DNA of 18,863 nt from a bacterium (GTDB lineage: Bacteria > Zhuqueibacterota > Zhuqueibacteria > Oceanimicrobiales > Oceanimicrobiaceae), in assembly GCA_046757525.1 (NCBI GenBank), contig JBHHYI010000082.1, positions 1-18,863 on the forward strand. The letters run 5' to 3'. The notes under the pieces are model-generated. The model saw nothing but the letters and a program-made list of their open reading frames with translations. It did not search any database and was not told the origin of the DNA. A program made the translations under genes and the position numbers. This document shows, piece by piece, positions 8,385 to 16,005 of the stretch; position 1 is the first letter of the stretch; each line of letters starts with the position of its first letter.

Positions 8385-9334
8385 AACGACGCGACCTCTA
8401 CTACCTGGTAAAGCCGGCTATCCCGAGACCGCTTCAGATTTACTTGCGCAGAAAGCTAATTCGCAAGCAGCGGCGGTGGACGGCTCATGTGTGGCCCGTC
8501 GACCCAGCAGCGGGTGACAGGCCCTCGGAGTGGCACGGCTGGCCGGGGCAAAAGCAGTTCGCCCTGGTGCTCACTCACGACGTCGAGTCAGCGGCCGGGC
8601 AGGAGAAATGCCACGGTTTGATGCGGTTAGAGCAGCAATTGGGTTTTCGGTCCTCTTTCGGCTTTGTGCCGGAGCGATACGAAGTTTCCGCCGCGCTGCG
8701 CTGCGACTTGCGCCGCCAGGGTTTTGAAGTAGGCGTGCATGGCTTGAACCACGACGGACGGTTGTTTTGCAGTGAAAGAATCTTCCGAAAGCGGGTGGCA
8801 CGCATCAACCGCTATTTGCAACAGTGGGGCGCCGTTGGCTTTCGGGCGCCGGCCATGCACCACAACCTCCACTGGTTGCATGCACTCGACATTCTCTACG
8901 ATGCCTCCACCTTCGACACCGATCCCTTTGAGCCGCAGGCCGACGGCGTTGGCACCATTTACCCGTTCTGGGTGTCCGGTGAGAACAATGGAGACGGCTA
9001 TGTGGAACTGCCGTACACACTTCCGCAGGACTTTACCCTGTTCGTGCTCATGCAAGAAAGCAATGCTGATGTTTGGAAGAGCAAATTGGATTGGATTGCC
9101 AGGCGCGGTGGCATGGCGCTCATGAATACGCATCCCGATTATATGTGTTTTGCGGGACACAAACCGGGCTTGCAAGAATACGATGTGCAACACTACAGAG
9201 AATTTCTGCAATATGTGAAACAAAAATACGCGGGACAGGTCTGGCATGTTTTGCCCAGAGATATGGCCCGTTTTTGGTTGAGCCACAGGGTCGAGAGGAC
9301 AGCAAGGGCTGCGGCAAAACTCTTGACCCATTGA
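8381..9334 (+). CDS. Polysaccharide deacetylase (CE4/NodB-like)
   Basis: LTHDVE, EVGVHGLNHDG, GFRAPA, YDAS and ELPYTLPQD motifs. ATG 8381 forms an ATGA overlap with the ATP-grasp stop and has GGAG at 8372-8375. Confidence 0.85.
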   Translation: MKRRDLYYLVKPAIPRPLQIYLRRKLIRKQRRWTAHVWPVDPAAGDRPSEWHGWPGQKQFALVLTHDVESAAGQEKCHGLMRLEQQLGFRSSFGFVPERYEVSAALRCDLRRQGFEVGVHGLNHDGRLFCSERIFRKRVARINRYLQQWGAVGFRAPAMHHNLHWLHALDILYDASTFDTDPFEPQADGVGTIYPFWVSGENNGDGYVELPYTLPQDFTLFVLMQESNADVWKSKLDWIARRGGMALMNTHPDYMCFAGHKPGLQEYDVQHYREFLQYVKQKYAGQVWHVLPRDMARFWLSHRVERTARAAAKLLTH

Positions 9335-9359
9335 CACAGCGGTAACGATCGGAGCAACT

Positions 9360-10673
9360 ATGAGAATCAACATCTTTGGCATGGGATATGTCGGCTGCGT
9401 TTCAGCAGCCTGTCTGGCAAACAGCGGTCACACGGTCACCGGCATCGATGTCGATGCCTTGAAGGTTGAGCTGATCAACCAGGGTCGAAGTCCCATCGTG
9501 GAGCCAGGCTTGCAGGAAGCCCTGGGCCAAGCTGTAGCTGCGGGCAAGCTCAGGGCGGCGGTGAACGACGTGGTCGCTGCACCGGCCGACCTCTCCATCG
9601 TTTGCGTGGGCACGCCCAGCAACGAGAATGGCAGTCTACGCCTGGACTACATTCTCAGAGTCACGCAACAAATCGGCCAATACCTGGGCCACAACCAGAG
9701 CTACCACGTGGTCAACTTCCGCAGCACTATGCTGCCTGGCACCATCCAGGAGCGCTTGATTCCTGTTTTAGAAAAGCATTCGGGCAAGAAAGCGGGCGCT
9801 GATTTTGGTGTGTGCATGAATCCGGAATTCATGCGCGAAAGCACCTCGATTCGCGACTACTACCAGCCCCCTTTTACTGTCATCGGCGAGCGGGACCAGA
9901 AGAGTGGCGACGTTGTAGCCAAGATTTACCGAAATGTCGACGCCCCGATGATAAGGACAACCCTCAAGGTGGCGGAAATCCTCAAGTACGCCTGCAACGC
10001 TTTTCACGCTTTGAAGATTTCCTTTGCCAACGAAATAGGCAACCTGTGCAAGCGTTTAAACATTGACAGCCACGAAGTGATGGACATTTTTTGCCGGGAC
10101 ACCAAACTCAATCTGTCGCCTTACTACCTCAAACCGGGCTACGCTTTTGGCGGTTCGTGCCTGCCCAAAGATTTGCGGGCTCTGCTGTACAAAGCCAAAG
10201 AACTGGATTTGGAGTCGCCGGTTTTAAGTTCGGTTTTGCGCAGCAACCAGAATCAAATCGAGACAGCCTACAAGCTGGTGAGGAAAACCGGCCGCAAGAA
10301 AGTCGGCTTTTTGGGACTTAGTTTTAAGCCGGGCACCGACGACTTGAGGGAAAGTCCCGTGGTGGAGCTCATCGAGCGGCTCATCGGTAAAGGCTATTCT
10401 ATCTCCATTTACGACAAAGAAGTGTCGATGGCGGGGATCGTCGGCTCGAACAGAGTCTATATTGAACAGGCGATCCCGCACGTCTCCTCGCTGATGAAAG
10501 CAACGGCACGGGAAGTCGTCGACGATGCGGAAGTGGTTGTGGTGGGCAACAAAAGCGAGGAGCATGAGAAGGTGATCGCCGAGCTAAACCACAACACGAT
10601 TATCATCGATTTGGTCAGATTGGTTGAAAATCCAGAAAAGAGGGATGGTTATTATGACGGAATATGCTGGTAA
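9360..10673 (+). CDS. UDP-glucose/GDP-mannose 6-dehydrogenase family, AlgD-like
   Basis: FGMGYVGCVSAACLA, CVGTPS, NPEFMRE, KLNLSPYYLKPGYAFGGSCLPKD (catalytic Cys), GLSFKPGTDDLRESP, and a C-terminal GICW as in AlgD-type enzymes. Confidence 0.92.
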   Translation: MRINIFGMGYVGCVSAACLANSGHTVTGIDVDALKVELINQGRSPIVEPGLQEALGQAVAAGKLRAAVNDVVAAPADLSIVCVGTPSNENGSLRLDYILRVTQQIGQYLGHNQSYHVVNFRSTMLPGTIQERLIPVLEKHSGKKAGADFGVCMNPEFMRESTSIRDYYQPPFTVIGERDQKSGDVVAKIYRNVDAPMIRTTLKVAEILKYACNAFHALKISFANEIGNLCKRLNIDSHEVMDIFCRDTKLNLSPYYLKPGYAFGGSCLPKDLRALLYKAKELDLESPVLSSVLRSNQNQIETAYKLVRKTGRKKVGFLGLSFKPGTDDLRESPVVELIERLIGKGYSISIYDKEVSMAGIVGSNRVYIEQAIPHVSSLMKATAREVVDDAEVVVVGNKSEEHEKVIAELNHNTIIIDLVRLVENPEKRDGYYDGICW

Positions 10674-11964
10674 GGTTTTAATGCTCGTGGAAAATCTGTT
10701 TCCCACCGACCCGAGGGTGCGGCGTGAGGCTTCTACTCTGGTGCAGGCCGGGTACAAGGTCTCGGTTATTGCGCTACGCCGGAACGAGTCCAAGTCCAGG
10801 GAGATTGTCAACGGCGTTCATGTTTATCGGATTCCCAGGATTGAGCTTTTCAAAAAAGGAGTCAGGAAAAAGTCATGGTTCTCCAAGCTGCGGTATTACA
10901 TAGGCTCGACGATCGGTTACGCCATCGAATATTTTTATTTCACGGCCGGGTGCTACTTTCTGAGTTTTTACGTCCTGGTTCGAGAAGGATTCGACGTTGT
11001 TCACGTTCACAATCCCCCGGACACGCTTTTCCTCATTGGAGCCTTTTACAAGCTCTTGGGCAAAAAGTTCGTTTTCGACCATCACGACCTATCCCCGGAG
11101 CTTTATTTGTCGAGATTCGCTGTCCGGGGCGGCCTGATGTACCGAGGGCTGCTGCTGGTGGAGAAGCTCTGCTTGCGGGCCGCAGACCTGGTGATAGCCA
11201 CCAATGAATCTTATAAGAAAATCATAATTGAGCGGGGCAACAAAAAACCGGAGCAAGTTTTTGTGGTGCGGAACGGTCCTGATTTGGACAGAATTCAGTT
11301 GCGCGCGCCAGACCCCGGGTTGAAAAAGCTCAACAAGAAGATTCTCGGTTACGTGGGCGCCATGAACCCACAGGATGGTGTGGATTATTTGCTCAGGGCG
11401 CTCCAGCATTTGGTTTATGAGATGGGTAGAAAGGATTTCTACTGTGTCATCATTGGGTCCGGGGATTCCCGGCGTTCTCTTCAGGCCCTGGCTGAAGAGC
11501 TGCGGATTCGGGAGTTTGTCTGGTTCACCGGTTTCATTCCGGACGAAGATGTATTGCGTTATTTGTCGACCGCGGACATCTGCGTGGACCCCGATCCTTC
11601 CAGTCCACTGAACGACGTCTCTACCTGGATTAAGATCATGGAGTACATGGCGCTGGGAAAACCCATCGTCAGTTTCGACTTGGCTGAGACCCGCGTGTCG
11701 GCGCAGCAAGCCGCTCTTTACGCGGCCCCGAATGATGAGAAAGCGTTTGCCCGGGCCATCGTCAGGCTCATGGACGATCCGCAGTTGCGGGCAAAGATGG
11801 GCGCGTTCGGTCGCAAGCGAATAGAACAAGAGCTGGCCTGGCACCATGGGGCGAAGAACTTGCTTGTAGCGTACCATGCCCTTTTGCCAAAAACGAAGGA
11901 GAATACGAGGGATATCGGCGTTGCGAAACCAGACAGCCACGAGTTGGTACGGGCGTCGAGTTAG
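10654..11964 (+). CDS. Glycosyltransferase family 4 (WbuB-like)
   Basis: VLMLVENLFPTDPRVRREA, HVHNPPD, FDHHDLSPE, VVRNGPD, YVGAMNPQDG and KIMEYMALGKPIV. ATG 10654 overlaps the dehydrogenase 3' end. Confidence 0.9.
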   Translation: MTEYAGKVLMLVENLFPTDPRVRREASTLVQAGYKVSVIALRRNESKSREIVNGVHVYRIPRIELFKKGVRKKSWFSKLRYYIGSTIGYAIEYFYFTAGCYFLSFYVLVREGFDVVHVHNPPDTLFLIGAFYKLLGKKFVFDHHDLSPELYLSRFAVRGGLMYRGLLLVEKLCLRAADLVIATNESYKKIIIERGNKKPEQVFVVRNGPDLDRIQLRAPDPGLKKLNKKILGYVGAMNPQDGVDYLLRALQHLVYEMGRKDFYCVIIGSGDSRRSLQALAEELRIREFVWFTGFIPDEDVLRYLSTADICVDPDPSSPLNDVSTWIKIMEYMALGKPIVSFDLAETRVSAQQAALYAAPNDEKAFARAIVRLMDDPQLRAKMGAFGRKRIEQELAWHHGAKNLLVAYHALLPKTKENTRDIGVAKPDSHELVRASS

Positions 11965-12070
11965 CCCAGTTGGGTCGGAATGACGTTTTCTGAGCAGAGT
12001 CGACAACCGTAATGGATTTGCACTAAAGTAAACGTCACGCGCTATTGTTGTGATGCCTAATTACCTTTGC

Positions 12071-12136
12071 AAACCCTGACAGGGTTAATTGGATGATCAC
12101 AGCTATGGTTTTGCCGTCAGAAACCCTGTCAGGGTT
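12071..12136. repeat. Pair of 15-bp palindromes in the intergenic region
   Basis: AACCCTGACAGGGTT (12072-12086) and AACCCTGTCAGGGTT (12122-12136) are exact reverse complements of each other, 50 bp apart. Confidence 0.85.
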
Positions 12137-12219
12137 GATGTGTTAATTGAGAATCATCCGTGTAGTTAGAGAATTGAGGAGCCGTCGAAGATGATTGGAA
12201 AAAATGGTCCAGAGGTACA

Positions 12220-13500
12220 ATGGAAGTAACTGCGGAATCTAAACCAGAGACTTCTTTCGTTCCGGCCGCTGAGGAGGCAAGTGAAGAGATAATTCTTCCG
12301 GCGCTGTGCCAATTTGTGGATTGGCTGGAGCACTTCGGCGAGGTCTCCCAGGATCACTACGATTTCTGGGCCAACGCCTGGGGACAGCGTGCCAAGGCGT
12401 TATACTACCGCAATCCGTGGCTGGGTGCCGCAGCGGTGGCCCCATTTATTTTCCTCGACAGCTTTCTTCCGTCTACCCGTCGCTGGTTCTGGTCGCCGCG
12501 GCGTTTCCCCATTGCCGATGCGCATTTCGCAATGGGCTTCGCCTACCTCTACCGCGCCACCGGTGAGGACAAGTACTACGAGAAAGCGGTGCATTTCTTG
12601 GAGACATTAGAGAAAACGCGTTGCCCGGGATTTGAGCACTACGGTTGGGGCTATCCTTTCAACTGGATGACCAATTCCGGCCCAACCAGGGTGAACACGC
12701 CGCTGATTACCACGACCCCGTACGTTTACGAAGCGTTTGCCGCGGTTTATGAAATTGACCGGGAGGCTCGGTGGTTGCGGGTCTTGTGCTCCATTGCGGA
12801 ACATGTGGCCAATGACTACTACGAAATGGAAATCAGCGAGAAAGTTCGCGTCTGTTCTTACATTGCGGTGCCACGAAACCAGCCTGCGCCCGGGCGTTTT
12901 CGTCCCATCGTCAACTCCAATGCCTATCGGGCTTTCATGTTGACCGAGGCGGCCCGGCGTTTTGTTAATGAGTCCTTTTGGGAGATCGCCCAGGGCAATC
13001 TCAATTTCGTGTTAGAATCGCAACAGCCGGACGGCTCCTGGTTTTACGCAGCCGGCAAAACCGACCCCTTCGTGGATCATTTTCATACGTGCTTTGTCTT
13101 GAAAAACTTGATCAAAATAGAACGCCTCACTGGCCACAAAAAATGCCAGGAGGCGATAAAGAGAGGCTTAGCTTTTTATTTGACGCAGCTCTTAGACGGC
13201 CACGGTTTGCCAAAGCCGTTTGCCAAAACGCCCAGAGTGACTTTATACCGCCGGGAGCTTTACGATTACGCGGAGAGCCTCAACCTAACTCTGCTCTGCC
13301 TGGAGAATCGGGCGGAATTCGAAGCTGTACACCGTACGCTGTTGGCGGACTTGCTGCGTCGGTGGCAAAAACCGGACGGCTCTTTTCGCACCCGGCAACT
13401 GCTGTTAGGCTGGAACAACGTGCCCTATCATCGCTGGGCGCAGTCGCAACTGTTCAGGAGTCTGGCACTTTGCCTTCTCCAGGAGAAAGAGAAACGGTAA
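12220..13500 (+). CDS. Hypothetical alpha/alpha-barrel protein (six-hairpin/prenyltransferase-repeat-like) of polysaccharide loci
   Basis: 426-aa ORF with GAGG upstream; helical segments, GWGYPFNW, QW-like motifs SQQPDGSWFY and WQKPDGSF, DHFHT and PYHRWAQS. Function not assignable. Confidence 0.7.
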   Translation: MEVTAESKPETSFVPAAEEASEEIILPALCQFVDWLEHFGEVSQDHYDFWANAWGQRAKALYYRNPWLGAAAVAPFIFLDSFLPSTRRWFWSPRRFPIADAHFAMGFAYLYRATGEDKYYEKAVHFLETLEKTRCPGFEHYGWGYPFNWMTNSGPTRVNTPLITTTPYVYEAFAAVYEIDREARWLRVLCSIAEHVANDYYEMEISEKVRVCSYIAVPRNQPAPGRFRPIVNSNAYRAFMLTEAARRFVNESFWEIAQGNLNFVLESQQPDGSWFYAAGKTDPFVDHFHTCFVLKNLIKIERLTGHKKCQEAIKRGLAFYLTQLLDGHGLPKPFAKTPRVTLYRRELYDYAESLNLTLLCLENRAEFEAVHRTLLADLLRRWQKPDGSFRTRQLLLGWNNVPYHRWAQSQLFRSLALCLLQEKEKR

Positions 13501-13530
13501 AATGAACCAGAAACCATCAGACAGGCCGTT

Positions 13531-15459
13531 ATGTGTGGCGTAACCGGCATATTTAATTATCGAGAACAGCAGCCGGTGGACAGACCCCTGGCGGCTCGAA
13601 TGAAAGATGCGCTCCTTCACCGTGGCCCGGATGACGAAGGCGCCTATTTTCTTGACCAGGCAGGCGTCTATTTAGGCCACCGCCGGCTTTCCATCATCGA
13701 TCTCGCCGCCGGGCAGCAGCCGATGAGCAACGAAGACGGAACGGTGTGGATCGTCTTCAACGGTGAAATCTACAACTTCAGGGATTTGCGTTCGGAATTA
13801 GAGTCGCTGGGTCATTGTTTCAAAACGCGCTCAGACACCGAAACCATCATTCACGCTTATGAGCAGTGGGGCTTTGCAGCCATGGCCCGCTTGAACGGCA
13901 TGTTTGGTTTTGCTATTTGGGATGAATCGCAGCGTGCTTTGGTTTTGGCGCGGGATCCGTTTGGCGTCAAGCCCCTGTATTACTGGGACAATGGCCACTC
14001 GCTGGCGTTCGGATCCGAAATAAAGGCCATCTTGCACCACCCGGCCGTGGAACGCACAATCGATTTCGATTCATTGAGTGCTTTTCTAACCCTGACCTTT
14101 GTGCCTTCGCCGAAAACCGCATTTGCAGGCATCTACAAGCTGCCGCCAGGCCATGCCCTAATTTGTACGGTGGAGGGCGTGCGCCTGCGGCGATTTTACC
14201 GAATAACGCCGGAAATCGCGGCCCATCGCTCAGAGGAAGACCTGTCGGAGGAGCTGCGTCACAAGATTGCCGTGGCGATCAAGAGACAGATGGTGGCCGA
14301 TGTCCCTATCGGCGCCATGCTCAGTGGCGGCGTCGATTCCTCGACCCTGGCGACCGTCATGACCGAAATCGCCGGCCAGCCAATCAAGACCTTCACCGTT
14401 GGCTTTGCCGGGGACTTCAAGCAAAACGAGCTGGAGACTGCCCGGGTTGAAGCGCAGCGCATTGGCAGCCAGCACACCGACCTGGTGGTGTCCTCAAAAG
14501 ACTATCTGGAGCTTTTGCCGCGTTCTATTTGGCATCTGGAAGAACCGGTGGCTACTGGCTCAATCCTGGCCTATTACATGATTTGCAAGCTGGCGCGAGA
14601 ACAGGTGAAGGTGGTCCTGACCGGGCAAGGGGCCGATGAGCCATTTGCCGGCTACCCGCGTCACCTTGGCGAACGGTACGGCGCCTGGTACCGCGTGCTG
14701 CCAGCCGTGGTTCGCCATGGCCTGGTGGCGCCGATAATCGAGAGATTGCCGCGCAAGGAGCGCCTCAAAAGAGCGGTGCGCTCTCTGGGAATCGCCGACC
14801 CGCAAAAGCGAATGCTGAGCGTCTACAGCACCATCGATGCCTCGCTCAAGCAGCGGCTGTTTCGCAACGGTTACTTGCAGCGCGAAAATGGTGCCATCTC
14901 GGATGCAGTGCGATTGTGGCAATCGGACGTCGTCGATTTGGACAGCCTTAGCCAGATGCTCTACGTGGATGCCCGTCTTTCGCTGCCCGACAATCTGCTC
15001 ATGTACGGCGACAAAATGTCCATGGCGGTCTCCCTGGAAGCGCGCGTGCCCTATTTAGACCTGGAGCTCATGCGATTTGTCGAATCTATTCCTCCCGGTC
15101 TCAAAATCAAAGGGCGGACCCAAAAATACCTTCTCAAGAAAGCTGTCTCCAAGTGGATTTCCGACGACGTGATTAATCGCCGAAAGATCGGATTCCACAC
15201 GCCTGTGGATGATTGGTTCCAAAGGGACTTGCGCAGCGATTTTGCCGAACGCTTGCTGGCCCCGGGTTCTGCCTGTACCACATACTTCAGGCCAGAAACC
15301 ATTCGCGAAATGCTCAATGACCATCAACACAGACGTCAGGATTACAAGAGGATTCTGTTTAGCTTGCTGACTTTTGAAATATGGCACGACCAATTCATCC
15401 GGCCGGCAAGATGGGCGCCCAAACATGAGCAAATGGTAGCATTACCCTTGAAACCCTAA
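13531..15459 (+). CDS. asnB: Asparagine synthase (glutamine-hydrolysing) family amidotransferase
   Basis: N-terminal MCG (Ntn Cys), HRGPDD, GHRRLSIID, FNGEIYN, SDTE, GMFGFAIWD, RDPFGVKPLYY, PP-loop LSGGVDSS and SLEARVPYLD. Confidence 0.95.
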   Translation: MCGVTGIFNYREQQPVDRPLAARMKDALLHRGPDDEGAYFLDQAGVYLGHRRLSIIDLAAGQQPMSNEDGTVWIVFNGEIYNFRDLRSELESLGHCFKTRSDTETIIHAYEQWGFAAMARLNGMFGFAIWDESQRALVLARDPFGVKPLYYWDNGHSLAFGSEIKAILHHPAVERTIDFDSLSAFLTLTFVPSPKTAFAGIYKLPPGHALICTVEGVRLRRFYRITPEIAAHRSEEDLSEELRHKIAVAIKRQMVADVPIGAMLSGGVDSSTLATVMTEIAGQPIKTFTVGFAGDFKQNELETARVEAQRIGSQHTDLVVSSKDYLELLPRSIWHLEEPVATGSILAYYMICKLAREQVKVVLTGQGADEPFAGYPRHLGERYGAWYRVLPAVVRHGLVAPIIERLPRKERLKRAVRSLGIADPQKRMLSVYSTIDASLKQRLFRNGYLQRENGAISDAVRLWQSDVVDLDSLSQMLYVDARLSLPDNLLMYGDKMSMAVSLEARVPYLDLELMRFVESIPPGLKIKGRTQKYLLKKAVSKWISDDVINRRKIGFHTPVDDWFQRDLRSDFAERLLAPGSACTTYFRPETIREMLNDHQHRRQDYKRILFSLLTFEIWHDQFIRPARWAPKHEQMVALPLKP

Positions 15460-15935
15460 CGCGGCGCAGCCGCAAATTATCAGCCACGGATTCACACGGA
15501 TTAAACACGGATACAAACAAAGCTTTTTAAAATTAATGTTTTTCCAAAAAATTCTTTTAAAAAAGCAAAGCTTAGGATGTTGAACATTATTAAGCCGTGA
15601 CTAAGACATGTTTTGTACTATTTTCACATTCTCTACTCCTTCTATCCGTACTACAAGCCGACAACATTGTGTTTTTTTAGCAAAGTTTAGTTTTGTTTTT
15701 TTAATAATTCCTAACCCGGACAAAGCCGGAATCCAAAAAGACAAAATAATTCTTTTCATGATTTTGTCGTCAATTATTTGTCTTATCGATTTCTGTACTT
15801 ATTTGATAAAGATTTTTTTCAGTGCCTTAGGTGAACTGAGAGAAATTTCCAGCGAACGGTGCTGAAGTCACCAAAATTTAGCCGAATTTGGTTGCGGCTC
15901 CGCCGCGCCGTGTAAATCTGTACTAATCTGTGGCT
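15460..15935. repeat. AT-rich intergenic element bounded by two sets of inverted repeats (MITE/REP-like composite)
   Basis: CGCGGCGCAGCCGCAA (15460-15475) pairs with TTGCGGCTCCGCCGCG (15892-15907) at 15/16. CACGGAT x3 (15485, 15495, 15506) is mirrored by inverted CCGTG/ATCTGTA/ATCTGTG (15908-15932). Confidence 0.8.
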
Positions 15936-16005
15936 TTCTGTTTTATAGCGGTCTTAAAAAGTTTGCATTTTTGTGCAAGACTTTACTGGTAATCCCTTAG
16001 GCGAC

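Noticed and set aside
11089..12006. 305-aa minus-strand ORF (likewise 8627-9382, 690-1334 and 3044-3574)
   Set aside because: Antisense to well-supported genes; such shadows are expected from codon bias.
12018..12048. Possible sigma70 promoter TTGCAC-N19-TATTGT
   Set aside because: The spacer is too long and the matches are weak; not supportable by eye.
15608..15865. 85-aa hydrophobic ORF in the AT-rich gap
   Set aside because: Its Phe/Ile richness follows from T-rich DNA, it has no clear RBS, and it runs through repeat motifs. A small protein cannot be fully excluded.
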